Source: an uncultured Arcobacter sp.
GTDB lineage: Bacteria; Campylobacterota; Campylobacteria; Campylobacterales; Arcobacteraceae
Assembly (NCBI GenBank): GCA_965140705.1
Contig: OZ223300.1
Location: 288,001-352,000, forward strand
Direction: 5' to 3'
Length of the DNA stretch: 64,000 nt
The notes beneath the pieces are model-generated. The model saw only the letters and a list, made by a program, of their open reading frames with translations, was not told the origin of the DNA and did not search any database. This document shows positions 19,445 to 29,301 of this stretch, piece by piece. The position numbers and the translations under genes were made by a program. The stretch's first letter is position 1, and each line of letters opens with the position of its first letter.

Positions 19445-20653
19445 ATGAATTATAGTGCAAATTTTAGTCCAAGGGTTTCTGATAGTGAGATTTTCGAAAG
19501 TATAAAAAAAGAGAAGCAAGATATAGGTTATTATAACTTGCCTTTTCAAGATACAACTCTAATAAAAGAGTATGCCCAAACTGTCAAGCAAAAAGATATA
19601 GCAATAATTGGAATAGGTGGGAGTACTTTAGGAACCTTCGCAATTTATAGTTTTTTAACCAGAACCCATAACTTTGATAAAAAGCTTTATTTTTTTGAAT
19701 CAACTGATCCAATTGATATAAATACAAGATTGGAAAGATTAGATTTAGATAATACACTATTTATCGTTATTAGTAAATCAGGTACAACTATTGAGACAAT
19801 AAGTGTCTTTAAATACCTTTATTCAAAAGTTAAAATTGACAAAGATAATTGTTTGATAATAACAGAGACTGATAGTAAACTAAATGATTTTGCCCAAAGT
19901 AATGATATAAAAACATTTGAAATACCAAAAAATGTTGGTGGGCGGTTTTCTGTATTTTCAACTGTAGGACTTGTACCTTTAGCAATTGTTGGAATTGATA
20001 TTGATAGATTATTAGATGGAGCTAAAGAGGCTTATAGTGAATACTTTGAACAAGAGGCTTTATATAAAAGAATAATGACAAAAGCTAGATTTATGGCAGA
20101 GTATAAGCATAAGTTTAATAATAATGTAGTTTTTTCTTATGCTTCTGAACTTGAAGGATTTAATAAATGGTATGTACAATTATGGGGAGAGAGCTTAGGA
20201 AAAATAGATAAAGACAATACTCACCAAGGTTTGACTCCAATTGGTTTATTAGGACCTGTTGATCAACATAGTTTTTTACAGTTAATCATCCAAGGAAAAA
20301 GGGATAAAACGGTTACTTTTATTAAAATAAAAGATTTTGCAGATAACTCAAAAATCCCTGATGTCAAATTAAAAGGTTTAGAAGAACTTGATTATATTAA
20401 TAATTTAAAATTCTCTGAGCTTATAAATCATCAAGCAGATGCTACAATAGAAGCAGTACATGATTTACAAGATATTCCATGTGATACTATTACTATGGAT
20501 AAGGTTGATGGATTTAGTTTAGCAAAACTAATGTATGTATATGAATTACTAACTTCAATAGTTGGAAAATTTTTATTTATAAATGCCTATGACCAACCAG
20601 GCGTTGAAAGTGGTAAAATAATCTTAAAAGAAAAACTAAAAAAGAAAAAATAA
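19445..20653 (+). CDS. pgi: Glucose-6-phosphate isomerase (short Campylobacterota type)
   Basis: GIGGS, SKSGTTIET, VGGRFSV, QLWGESLGK, DQHSFLQL, DQPGVE. Confidence 0.95.
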   Translation: MNYSANFSPRVSDSEIFESIKKEKQDIGYYNLPFQDTTLIKEYAQTVKQKDIAIIGIGGSTLGTFAIYSFLTRTHNFDKKLYFFESTDPIDINTRLERLDLDNTLFIVISKSGTTIETISVFKYLYSKVKIDKDNCLIITETDSKLNDFAQSNDIKTFEIPKNVGGRFSVFSTVGLVPLAIVGIDIDRLLDGAKEAYSEYFEQEALYKRIMTKARFMAEYKHKFNNNVVFSYASELEGFNKWYVQLWGESLGKIDKDNTHQGLTPIGLLGPVDQHSFLQLIIQGKRDKTVTFIKIKDFADNSKIPDVKLKGLEELDYINNLKFSELINHQADATIEAVHDLQDIPCDTITMDKVDGFSLAKLMYVYELLTSIVGKFLFINAYDQPGVESGKIILKEKLKKKK

Positions 20654-20731
20654 GGCATAGAATGTTCTTATAGGGATATGAAAAACTTTTGGATTAATGT
20701 ATAATCTTTAATAAAAAGGTAAGGGAAGATT

Positions 20732-21685
20732 ATGAAATTAGGAATATCTTCGTGTTTGATAGGAAATCTTTGTCGATATGATGGTGCTCATTCAAAAGAT
20801 GCTTTTGTATTTAATATCCTTCAAAAGTATTTTAAAATAGTGCCTTATTGTCCTGAGAGTATCATTTTTGGTACTCCAAGGGAGACTATTAGATTGGTTC
20901 GTAAAGGTGAAGATATAAAAGTCACTACAAGTGACGGTTCAAAGGATGTAACTAAACAACTAGATGATATCTCAGTTTCTTGTGCAAAACAAATAGCAGA
21001 TGATGATATTTGTGGCTTTATTCTAAAATCAAAATCACCTACTTGTGGTATGGAAAGAGTAAAAGTTTACCAAGAGAAAAATGGACCAAGTATAAAAGAA
21101 GGTGTTGGTTTTTTTGCAAAAAGAATAAAAGAATTTTATCCTTATTTACCCCTAGAAGAAGAGGGTAGACTTAATGATGCTTGGTTGAAAGAAAATTTTT
21201 TAATGCAAGTTTTTGCTTATAAAGACTTACATGAGTTTTTAAAAAAAGAAGATATTGAGTTTAATGATTTAGTAGAGTTTCATACTTCATACAAATATTT
21301 AATTTATGCAAAATCACAAGAGTTTTACAAAGAGTTAGGACATATTGTTGCAAACCATGAGAAAAAACCTTTAAAAGAGATTTTAGCTGAATACAAACAA
21401 AGTTTTTTAAAAGCAATAAGTGAAAAAAGTACTATTAATAAAACTTACAATGTTTTACTTCATATTTTTGGATATTTTAAAAAACATATCTCAAAAGAAG
21501 AAAAAGAGCTATTACTTGTGAGTATGGATGAGTATAAAGACGGGATTATTCCTCTTATAACTATAGTTAAGATGTTTAAAATATATATTAGTAGATATGA
21601 TATTGAATACTTAAAAAAACAAAAATTTTTAAATCCATATCCAGCTGAATTAGCCTTGAGATCTGATTTAAAAGCTAATAAATAG
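20732..21685 (+). CDS. DUF523 + DUF1722 (YbgA family) protein
   Basis: ISSCL.G..CRYDG, CPE, PRE, KSKSPTCG, EEEGRL; C-terminal HIFGYFK and PYP.EL.LR. Confidence 0.85.
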   Translation: MKLGISSCLIGNLCRYDGAHSKDAFVFNILQKYFKIVPYCPESIIFGTPRETIRLVRKGEDIKVTTSDGSKDVTKQLDDISVSCAKQIADDDICGFILKSKSPTCGMERVKVYQEKNGPSIKEGVGFFAKRIKEFYPYLPLEEEGRLNDAWLKENFLMQVFAYKDLHEFLKKEDIEFNDLVEFHTSYKYLIYAKSQEFYKELGHIVANHEKKPLKEILAEYKQSFLKAISEKSTINKTYNVLLHIFGYFKKHISKEEKELLLVSMDEYKDGIIPLITIVKMFKIYISRYDIEYLKKQKFLNPYPAELALRSDLKANK

Positions 21686-21692
21686 AATTTAA

Positions 21693-22154
21693 ATGGAAGA
21701 TTTAAATAATAATATACCTCTTCATATGAATGTGATGGTAGTTTTCTTTTCAGTACTGCCATTTCTTGTGATGGCTAGTATATATTTTGCAAAAAATAAA
21801 CAGTATAAGTTGCACTTTTATTCCCAAGGGTTTATTTTAGTTTTGACAGTTTTAGTATTAGTGTTTTTTGAAATCATGATTAGAATAGATGGTGGTTTTT
21901 TTGAGTTTGCCAAACAAAGTGATATGCCCCATGGCTTTTTAGTAGGATATTTGATTTTTCATATAATAATTGCTTTGATTGCTGCTGTTTTATGGATAAG
22001 ATTATTTATCAAATCTATGCTTTTATATCAAAATGGAAAAATAGAAGAGATAAAAGCTTCAAATCATATACGAGAGGGAAAGATTACTTTTATATTTTTA
22101 CTACTTAGTTGTATAACTGGAGTATTTGTTTATCTATTTTTGTTTATTTTTTGA
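21693..22154 (+). CDS. DUF420-like four-TM membrane protein
   Basis: Four hydrophobic helices with spaced His residues and a TGVFVY ending. Confidence 0.65.
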   Translation: MEDLNNNIPLHMNVMVVFFSVLPFLVMASIYFAKNKQYKLHFYSQGFILVLTVLVLVFFEIMIRIDGGFFEFAKQSDMPHGFLVGYLIFHIIIALIAAVLWIRLFIKSMLLYQNGKIEEIKASNHIREGKITFIFLLLSCITGVFVYLFLFIF

Positions 22155-22192
22155 AAAGATGCTAAAATACGAAAAAAGAATAAGGAAGTTTA

Positions 22193-22741
22193 ATGAGTAT
22201 AGAGAAGGATCTTTTAGATAGAAGTGGTAGTGTTTGTGAACTTTGTGGGGCAAGTGATGGTCTTGAAGCAATTGAAGTTGCACCAAAAAATGAGAAAATT
22301 GTAGTATGTTCTACATGTAAAGAGCAAATTGAAGATGAGTCAAAAATGGATTCAAATCACTTTAGATGTTTAAATGATTCTATGTGGAGTGAAACTCCAG
22401 CTGTACAAGTTGTTGCTTATAGATTATTAAAGAACTTATCAATTGACGAAGGTTGGGCTCAAGATTTAGTTGAGATGATGTATTTAGAACCTGAAACTTT
22501 AGAATGGGCAGAAGCAGGGCTTGCTACTGGTGAAGTTGTAAAAGATAGTAATGGTGTTACTTTGAATTCAGGTGATAGTGTAACTATTATAAAAGATTTA
22601 GATGTAAAAGGTGCTGGATTTACTGCAAAAAGAGGAACTGTTGTAAAAGGAATATCTTTAGGTGATGATCCAACTCACATTGAAGGTAAAGTAAATGGAG
22701 TTAGAATCTTTTTGAAAACTTGTTTTTTGAAAAAATGTTAA
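22193..22741 (+). CDS. PhnA/YjdM-domain zinc-ribbon protein
   Basis: CELC and CSTC pairs, RCLNDSMWS, KDSNG..L..GDSVTIIKDL.VKG. Confidence 0.85.
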   Translation: MSIEKDLLDRSGSVCELCGASDGLEAIEVAPKNEKIVVCSTCKEQIEDESKMDSNHFRCLNDSMWSETPAVQVVAYRLLKNLSIDEGWAQDLVEMMYLEPETLEWAEAGLATGEVVKDSNGVTLNSGDSVTIIKDLDVKGAGFTAKRGTVVKGISLGDDPTHIEGKVNGVRIFLKTCFLKKC

Positions 22742-22744
22742 GAT

Positions 22745-22770
22745 AAACTCTCTACTTTTGTAGAGAGTTT
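22745..22770. terminator. Bidirectional intrinsic terminator candidate
   Basis: aaactctctac-tttt-gtagagagttt between convergent genes. Confidence 0.7.
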
Positions 22771-23939
22771 TAGCAATCAGAGAAGTTTTTTATAAGCTCT
22801 TTTGCATTTTTAAGGGCTTTATCGCTTGACTCTTTATCAAAAGTAAGTGCTACAGCCATTCTTCTTCCCACATGAGATTGTGGCTTTCCAAAAACTCTAA
22901 CGTATGAATTATCACTAAATGCTTCATCTTTAATATCAACAATAGGATTAAAAGTATCTGCAACAGCTTTATATGCAGCACTTGCACCTGCTCCATATTG
23001 AATATAATTTAAAGGCAATCCTAATACTGCTCTTACATGAAGTGCAAATTCACTTTGAGATTGAGTAATCATAGTTACCATTCCTGTATCATGAGGTCTT
23101 GGGCTTACTTCAGAAAAATAAACTTCATCACCTTTTACAAATAATTCAACTCCAAAAATACCTCTACCACCTAAACCATCAGTGATTTTTTTAGCTATTT
23201 CTTCTGATTTTTTGATTGCTTTATCACTCATTTTCATTGGTTGCCATGAGAAGATATAGTCACCATCTTTTTGAATATGTCCAATAGGAGCACAGAAGAT
23301 AGTTTGTCTTTCATTTCTTACAGTCAAAAGAGTTATTTCATAATCAAATTTTATAAACTCCTCAACAATTAGTTCACTAGCATCACCTCTAGCTTCTTTG
23401 GCAATTTCCCATGATTTTTCTAACTCTTTAGCACTTTTAGCAATACTTTGTCCGTGTCCAGAACTACTCATTACAGGTTTAATAACACAAGGAAAACCAA
23501 TATATTCTGCTGCATTTTTTAGCTCATCAAAACTTTTTACAAACTTGTATTTACTTGTAGGCAGTTCTAACTCTTCAGCTGCAAATTCTCGTATGTTTTT
23601 TCTATTCATTGTTTTGTTTACAGCTTCGGCATTTGGGATTACATGAAATCCCTCTTTTTCAGCAGTAAACAGAGCATCAATATTGATCGCTTCAACTTCT
23701 GGCAGAATATAATCAGGTTTTTCTCTTCTAATTACATCTAATATTTCATTTTTATTTTTCATATTGATTGTGTAAGCTTTATTAGCAACAAGTTGTGCAG
23801 GAGCATTAATATAACTGTCAACTGCAATAGTTTCAATACCTAATCTTTGAGCTTCAATTATAACTTCTTTACCAAGTTCACCACTTCCAAGTAACATTAT
23901 TTTAATTGAATCAGATTTTAATGGAGCATTAAATTTCAT
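22770..23939 (-). CDS. purT: Formate-dependent phosphoribosylglycinamide formyltransferase
   Basis: [41 protein letters not shown]. Confidence 0.96.
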   Translation of the reverse strand: MKFNAPLKSDSIKIMLLGSGELGKEVIIEAQRLGIETIAVDSYINAPAQLVANKAYTINMKNKNEILDVIRREKPDYILPEVEAINIDALFTAEKEGFHVIPNAEAVNKTMNRKNIREFAAEELELPTSKYKFVKSFDELKNAAEYIGFPCVIKPVMSSSGHGQSIAKSAKELEKSWEIAKEARGDASELIVEEFIKFDYEITLLTVRNERQTIFCAPIGHIQKDGDYIFSWQPMKMSDKAIKKSEEIAKKITDGLGGRGIFGVELFVKGDEVYFSEVSPRPHDTGMVTMITQSQSEFALHVRAVLGLPLNYIQYGAGASAAYKAVADTFNPIVDIKDEAFSDNSYVRVFGKPQSHVGRRMAVALTFDKESSDKALKNAKELIKNFSDC

Positions 23940-24681
23940 TTATTTCCTTTTTTAAGTTTTTATAAAATTTTTCATCGTATTTTTCTAGATTATTACTTTG
24001 TATAACAATTTTTAATATTCTTAAGTATCTTTCTTTTATTTGAGAGTAGTTTATTAATGTTTGGCTTAAAATTAAACCTGATAATTCTTTATTCATTTTT
24101 TCAAAATGAGAACGTAACATTCTAAATGCTCTATAAGCTTCTGTTCTATTTAGGTTTAACATATATGAAGAAATAGATTTCTCAAATGAATCAAATATCC
24201 TTACCATATGTGTAGCATTAGGATCTCGATTTAAAGGGATCATTCCTTTTTCTCCATTTTTCCCATATGTCCAATGTCCAAACAGATTATTTCCTTCCCT
24301 TACAAATCTACTTGTTCCCCAACCACTTTCAACAGCAGCTTGTGCTAGGGCTAAAGATGGAGGTACAATATTTACCCTAATTAAAAGTTTGTTATAATCA
24401 TAAATATTATCTACTCTATATTTTTGGGCTAGTAATTTAAGTCTTTGTATATTTTTAACTCTTCTACTAAAATGTTTATCTAATCTCATTTTTAAGATAA
24501 ATTTTCTATCTTCCAAGATTTTTATATTTGCATGCTCAATATAAGGAAATAAGTAATTAAAAAAATAGTTTTGTTTTTTAATAGTTGCTTTCATTTTATA
24601 ATATTTATCGGGGAAACCAGTTGTCCCCGCATAAATATTAATTAAAAATAGAGTTGAAAGTATAAATAATATTTTATTCAT
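23929..24681 (-). CDS. Exported GH73 glucosaminidase-domain protein (Bax-like)
   Basis: Signal peptide, [27 protein letters not shown]. Confidence 0.85.
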   Translation of the reverse strand: MNKILFILSTLFLINIYAGTTGFPDKYYKMKATIKKQNYFFNYLFPYIEHANIKILEDRKFILKMRLDKHFSRRVKNIQRLKLLAQKYRVDNIYDYNKLLIRVNIVPPSLALAQAAVESGWGTSRFVREGNNLFGHWTYGKNGEKGMIPLNRDPNATHMVRIFDSFEKSISSYMLNLNRTEAYRAFRMLRSHFEKMNKELSGLILSQTLINYSQIKERYLRILKIVIQSNNLEKYDEKFYKNLKKEINEI

Positions 24682-24689
24682 ATTATTTA

Positions 24690-25427
24690 TTATATCTCTG
24701 TTACGAATACTTTTTTTACTGCACCTTTAAAGAAGAGCTCACCATCTCTTATACTAACTATTAATTCCTCTTTGCTTTTTGGATAAACAAAAGATTTATT
24801 ATCTACTAATCCCAAAGCATTTGCTCTTAAAAAACATGCAACCATTCCTGTTCCACAAGCTAAAGTTTCACCCTCAACACCTCGTTCATAGGTTCTTACA
24901 AATATTTTTCCATCTTCAATTTTTGCAAAGTTTACATTTGCATTATGTTCATATCTCATTTTTGAAGATAAATCATGGTCATATTTTTCTAAATCATCTA
25001 CAATGGTTACTAAATGGGGAACGCCTGTATCGATTAAATACCAAGTCAAACCCTCTTGTTCAAACTCTTCTTTGATGATTTTAGGTTTAGTCATTTGAGT
25101 TTCAACAATATTTCCATCTACAGATGATGTTATAAATCCAGCTTCTGTCAAAAACTTCATATTTGAAGGAGCTAAACCATTTTTGTAAGCATAGTGTGCT
25201 ACTGCTCTTGTACCATTTCCACACATAGCAGCATCACTACCATCACTATTATAAAAAAGCCATTCAAAATCAGCTGTTTCATTTGGAACAATAACAATTA
25301 GTCCATCTGCACCAATACCTTCAGTTCTATTACATAGATTTATAGCATCTTGCGAATAGTCTTTTTTTATTAGTGTATGAAAAATCACAAAGTCATTTCC
25401 ACTGGCGCTGTATTTTGTATATGTCAT
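24690..25427 (-). CDS. dapF: Diaminopimelate epimerase
   Basis: GNDF, GIGADG, NSDGS...MCGNG, GVPH, ERGVEGETLACGTG. Confidence 0.96.
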   Translation of the reverse strand: MTYTKYSASGNDFVIFHTLIKKDYSQDAINLCNRTEGIGADGLIVIVPNETADFEWLFYNSDGSDAAMCGNGTRAVAHYAYKNGLAPSNMKFLTEAGFITSSVDGNIVETQMTKPKIIKEEFEQEGLTWYLIDTGVPHLVTIVDDLEKYDHDLSSKMRYEHNANVNFAKIEDGKIFVRTYERGVEGETLACGTGMVACFLRANALGLVDNKSFVYPKSKEELIVSIRDGELFFKGAVKKVFVTEI

Positions 25428-26014
25428 ATAAGTTCTCCTATAACTCGTTCAACTTCTTTTTGAAGGTTTTTTAAATTTGTTGAATTATCAATTACTAAAT
25501 CTGCTAATTTCTTTTTTTCTTCTATATCCATTTGATTTGAAATTTTTAATTTTGCTTCTTCTTTGCTTATATTGTCCCTTTGCATCAATCTTTCTATTTG
25601 TATCTCTTTTGGGGTATAAACCACTAAAGATTTTTTAATAGGATAATTCATCTTTTCATAAAACAAAGGAATATCTATAAGATATGGTTTCCCTTGTTTT
25701 TCAAAGATTAAAGCCTCTTTTTCTATTTCTTCTTTTATTAAAGGATGAATAAAACTTTCCAATTTTTCTTTATTTTCTTGATTTGAAAATATTATAGGTC
25801 CTAGTTTTTTTCTAAGTACCTTTCCCTCTTCTACATACTCTTGCCCAAACATTGAAGCTATCTTATTACTATGTCTGTCTAAAAGTCTATGTGCTATCTT
25901 GTCTGCATCTATTGTCAAAAATCCATGTAGCTTAAAAAGACTACAAACTGTACTTTTACCTGTGGCTATACCACCTGTTAATGCAATAGCATATTTAAAT
26001 GTTTCATTATTCAT
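25424..26014 (-). CDS. coaE: Dephospho-CoA kinase
   Basis: LTGGIATGKSTV, IDAD, IHPLI, IPLFYE, RL..RD. Confidence 0.95.
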   Translation of the reverse strand: MNNETFKYAIALTGGIATGKSTVCSLFKLHGFLTIDADKIAHRLLDRHSNKIASMFGQEYVEEGKVLRKKLGPIIFSNQENKEKLESFIHPLIKEEIEKEALIFEKQGKPYLIDIPLFYEKMNYPIKKSLVVYTPKEIQIERLMQRDNISKEEAKLKISNQMDIEEKKKLADLVIDNSTNLKNLQKEVERVIGELI

Positions 26015-26076
26015 TATTAGATTTTACAATAAAATTGATTAATTTAAAAGGGGAAGGAGATTTTGTACTACAAAGC

Positions 26077-26631
26077 TTATCGCTTTGCAATACCTGTTAA
26101 CTCTTTTTGAATATAAGTTGGGAATACAAAAGATGCATGTTGAATCTCTGTAGAATAGTAGTTTAAGTCCACAAGTAAATCAGATCTTTGTAAAATAATA
26201 TCAGCTGTTGGATGATATTTTTTAGATGCTAATACACAAGTTGTATGTCCAAAACTATATGGCATACAAATCCAAAAATTTGCCCCTGTGATTGTTAAAT
26301 CATTTTTTAATTTATCTGCATCTTTAGAATAACTAGCTGTTTTATATGAAATTAAACCATCATCTTTTAAAACTCTTTGAATATTTGCTAAAACTATTTC
26401 ATCAATATTTATATCAGTTAAAATTATTACATCAATATTTTTTTCATTTTTAGAGTTTAATAAAGAAATATCCCCATATTCTACATTTACTCTATGTTTT
26501 GCAACTTCTTGTTTTAACTCTTCGTCATAGTTTCCTATAACTAAAATATTTTCAGGTTCTTTATGCGTACATAGAGGAACATGAACAATCATTTCATTAA
26601 AAGCAAAGTTTTTGTTTTCAACACTTGACAT
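26077..26631 (-). CDS. Short spermidine synthase-like protein (degenerate)
   Basis: EMIVHVPLCTH..PENILVIG, ASKKYHP, YY..EI..ASFVFP; only 184 aa and no GGGDG motif. Confidence 0.7.
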   Translation of the reverse strand: MSSVENKNFAFNEMIVHVPLCTHKEPENILVIGNYDEELKQEVAKHRVNVEYGDISLLNSKNEKNIDVIILTDINIDEIVLANIQRVLKDDGLISYKTASYSKDADKLKNDLTITGANFWICMPYSFGHTTCVLASKKYHPTADIILQRSDLLVDLNYYSTEIQHASFVFPTYIQKELTGIAKR

Positions 26632-26735
26632 TATTAGTCCTTTTATTTTATTAAATTTTCGATATAATAGCGAAAAATTTTTAAATTAATAAAAGATAAT
26701 TACTTTAATTGTAAAAATAAAAAAAAAGGTGAAGA

Positions 26736-27731
26736 ATGAGCACAGTTAGTTACAAAGATGCTGGTGTAGATATAGACGCAGGAAATCAATTTGTTGAAAA
26801 TATTAAGCCATATGTTAAATCAACAATGATTCCTGGAGTACTTGGGGGAATAGGTTCTTTTGCAGGTGCCTTTGAGTTACCAAGTGGTTACAAAAAACCA
26901 GTATTACTTTCAGGAACTGATGGTGTTGGAACTAAATTAAAATTAGCAATTGATTCTAAAAAATTTGATACAGTAGGTATTGACTTAGTTGCTATGTGTA
27001 CAAATGACTTATTATGTAATTTTGGTGAGCCACTATTTTTCTTAGATTATTATGCAACTGCAAAATTAGAAGTTGAAGAAGCGACACAAGTTGTAAAAGG
27101 TATAGCTGAAGGTTGTGTTAGAAGTGAATGTGCACTTGTAGGTGGAGAAACTGCTGAGATGCCAGGAATGTACAAAGAGGGTGATTTTGATTTAGCTGGT
27201 TTTTGTGTTGGAATTGCTGAAAAAGATGAATTAAATAGAATAGATAAAATCTCTATTGGAGATACTTTAATTGCTCTTCCATCTTCAGGAGTTCATTCAA
27301 ATGGATTTTCACTTGTAAGAAAATTATTACTTGAAAAACTAGGAATGTCTTTAGATGATGATTTCCAAGGAAAACCATTAAAAGATGTATTATTAGAACC
27401 AACTAGAATATATGTAAAAGAGTTCAAAGCAAACAAAGATAATATTAATGCTTTAGCCCATATCACAGGTGGTGGTATTACTGAAAACTTGCCAAGAGTT
27501 TTACCAGATAATTTTAAAGCAGTGGTTGATAGAAGTAAGATTAAGGTGCTACCAATCTTTGAATTTATGTCTAAACATGTTGAAGTTGAAGAGATGTATA
27601 GAACATTTAATATGGGTGTTGGTATGGTTTTAGTTGTAAATCCTGCAAATGTGGATGCCATTTTAGCTAATACTGATGGATATGTTATTGGAGAAATTGC
27701 TGAAGGTGAAAAAGGCGTAGAGTTTATATAG
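26736..27731 (+). CDS. purM: Phosphoribosylformylglycinamidine cyclo-ligase
   Basis: SYKDAGVDIDAG, TDGVGTK, GGETAEMPG, SSGVHSNGFSL, HITGGG, TFNMGVG. Confidence 0.97.
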   Translation: MSTVSYKDAGVDIDAGNQFVENIKPYVKSTMIPGVLGGIGSFAGAFELPSGYKKPVLLSGTDGVGTKLKLAIDSKKFDTVGIDLVAMCTNDLLCNFGEPLFFLDYYATAKLEVEEATQVVKGIAEGCVRSECALVGGETAEMPGMYKEGDFDLAGFCVGIAEKDELNRIDKISIGDTLIALPSSGVHSNGFSLVRKLLLEKLGMSLDDDFQGKPLKDVLLEPTRIYVKEFKANKDNINALAHITGGGITENLPRVLPDNFKAVVDRSKIKVLPIFEFMSKHVEVEEMYRTFNMGVGMVLVVNPANVDAILANTDGYVIGEIAEGEKGVEFI

Positions 27732-27750
27732 TCTTTTACTATTTTCTTTT

Positions 27751-27782
27751 AAAGGTAAGTTCTTTTGGACTTACCTTTTTTT
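27751..27782. terminator. Intrinsic terminator after purM (possibly bidirectional)
   Basis: aaaggtaagt...acttaccttt stem followed by a T run. Confidence 0.75.
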
Positions 27783-27785
27783 ATG

Positions 27786-28427
27786 CTAAAAAGTATATGA
27801 GTCATCTTTTAGTGAAGCATGGGAATAATCACAAAATGGTTTATTTTCTGATGCTCCACAACGGCATAGGGTAAATTTAGTTTTATTGGCAAATGATGAC
27901 CAGTGTTCAATTTTTAAATCAACTGCTCCAATTACAGTAATTGGAGCATTTTTTAGTATATTGATATTTTCTTTCTCATAATCTTGCATAATTTGTTTAT
28001 TTTCTATTGAATAAGATAAGGCACTAGAAGGACAACCTTCAATTGACTTGATTATCTCTTCTGTTGTCTCTGTATCTAAGTTAATCCAGTCATGTGAGCT
28101 TTCTGAGCTATAAATAGAGGGAAATTCATTAACACATTGTGCACTACCAGCACAAATTGAGCGATTAAAAGTTACAGTTACATCTTTTGAATTATAAACT
28201 TGGATAATCTCTTCTTTTAATTTTTTTTCTGAAGTAAAATTATCTTTTAAGTGAGTCCCATCACAAAAAGGTTGGTTTTTAGATTTCCCACATCTGCAAA
28301 TAAAGGTGCTTTTTTCTAATGTAATGGGTAATGAGTCATAAAATATTATATTTTTTAAAGTTTTATTACTTAAGTTTGAAATTTTTAAAGGGCCATTTTC
28401 TATAGGGATAATTGATAATTCATTCAT
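27786..28427 (-). CDS. CDGSH iron-sulfur protein with central divergent 4Fe-4S domain
   Basis: CRCGKSKNQPFCDGTH, C.G...CV...P ... CPSSAL, CRCGASENKPFCDYSH. Confidence 0.87.
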   Translation of the reverse strand: MNELSIIPIENGPLKISNLSNKTLKNIIFYDSLPITLEKSTFICRCGKSKNQPFCDGTHLKDNFTSEKKLKEEIIQVYNSKDVTVTFNRSICAGSAQCVNEFPSIYSSESSHDWINLDTETTEEIIKSIEGCPSSALSYSIENKQIMQDYEKENINILKNAPITVIGAVDLKIEHWSSFANKTKFTLCRCGASENKPFCDYSHASLKDDSYTF

Positions 28428-28515
28428 ATGTACTCCTTTTTTATAATAAATAAGAACTTAAAACTTGTTATTCTAAAAACCAACAATAAAAGTTTACAAT
28501 ACAATTATTAATCAA

Positions 28516-29292
28516 TTATTTCTTAAATATTATTGTATCCATTGATTGATTTCCATACATATAAATATCGTGTAAAGATTCTCCTATATGATTATTTGAG
28601 GCACCAAAAGTTACAAATAAAGGTAAAAAATGTTCTTTAGAGGGATGGTTCATCTGTAGATTAGGAGCTTCTTTTTCATAATTTAATAAAGAAGTAATAT
28701 TGCCTTTTTGGATATTTCCTACAACCCAATCTCTAAACTCTTTTGCATAAGAATTAGGTTTTGCATTTTCATTTTCCCAAGTTGAGTTCATAATATTATG
28801 CGTCATAGCACCACTTCCAATAATTAAGGTATTTTCTCTTAATTTATTTAAAACTACTCCCAATTCAAAAAGTTTTTTTGAATCAAAGTTTATTGGTAAA
28901 GAGAGTTGAATAATTGGAATATTTGCCTTTGGATATATTAAGCTTAGAGGGGACCATACTCCATGATCAAATCCACCTCTTGAAATATCTTTTTCTATTT
29001 CTATTCCAGAACTTTTAATTAAATCTATTATTTCATCACATTTATTTAAATCACTTTTTGCTTCATATTTTAATTCGTATAACTCTTGTGGGAAATTATA
29101 AAAATCGTGTATTGTATGAGGATTCTCTTCATATAATATTTTTAAATTTTTAGTAAGCCAATGGGCTGAAATAACTAAGATAAATTTGGGTTCAGGAAAA
29201 TTTGATGATAAATTTTTTAAAAAGGAAGTAGTACTATTATCCATTATAGATAGAGCTGGACTTCCATGTGATATATATAAACTTGGGAACAT
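28516..29292 (-). CDS. Extradiol ring-cleavage dioxygenase (LigB / DODA / YgiD type)
   Basis: ISHGSP, ISAHW, HDFYNFP, DHGVW.PL, GSGAMTHN, HP..EHFLPL. Confidence 0.9.
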   Translation of the reverse strand: MFPSLYISHGSPALSIMDNSTTSFLKNLSSNFPEPKFILVISAHWLTKNLKILYEENPHTIHDFYNFPQELYELKYEAKSDLNKCDEIIDLIKSSGIEIEKDISRGGFDHGVWSPLSLIYPKANIPIIQLSLPINFDSKKLFELGVVLNKLRENTLIIGSGAMTHNIMNSTWENENAKPNSYAKEFRDWVVGNIQKGNITSLLNYEKEAPNLQMNHPSKEHFLPLFVTFGASNNHIGESLHDIYMYGNQSMDTIIFKK

Positions 29293-29301
29293 TTTAGTCC
29301 T

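Noticed and set aside
28440..28520. Fur-box-like AT-rich sequence upstream of the CDGSH gene
   Set aside because: Match to GATAATGATAATCATTATC is too poor to distinguish from background.
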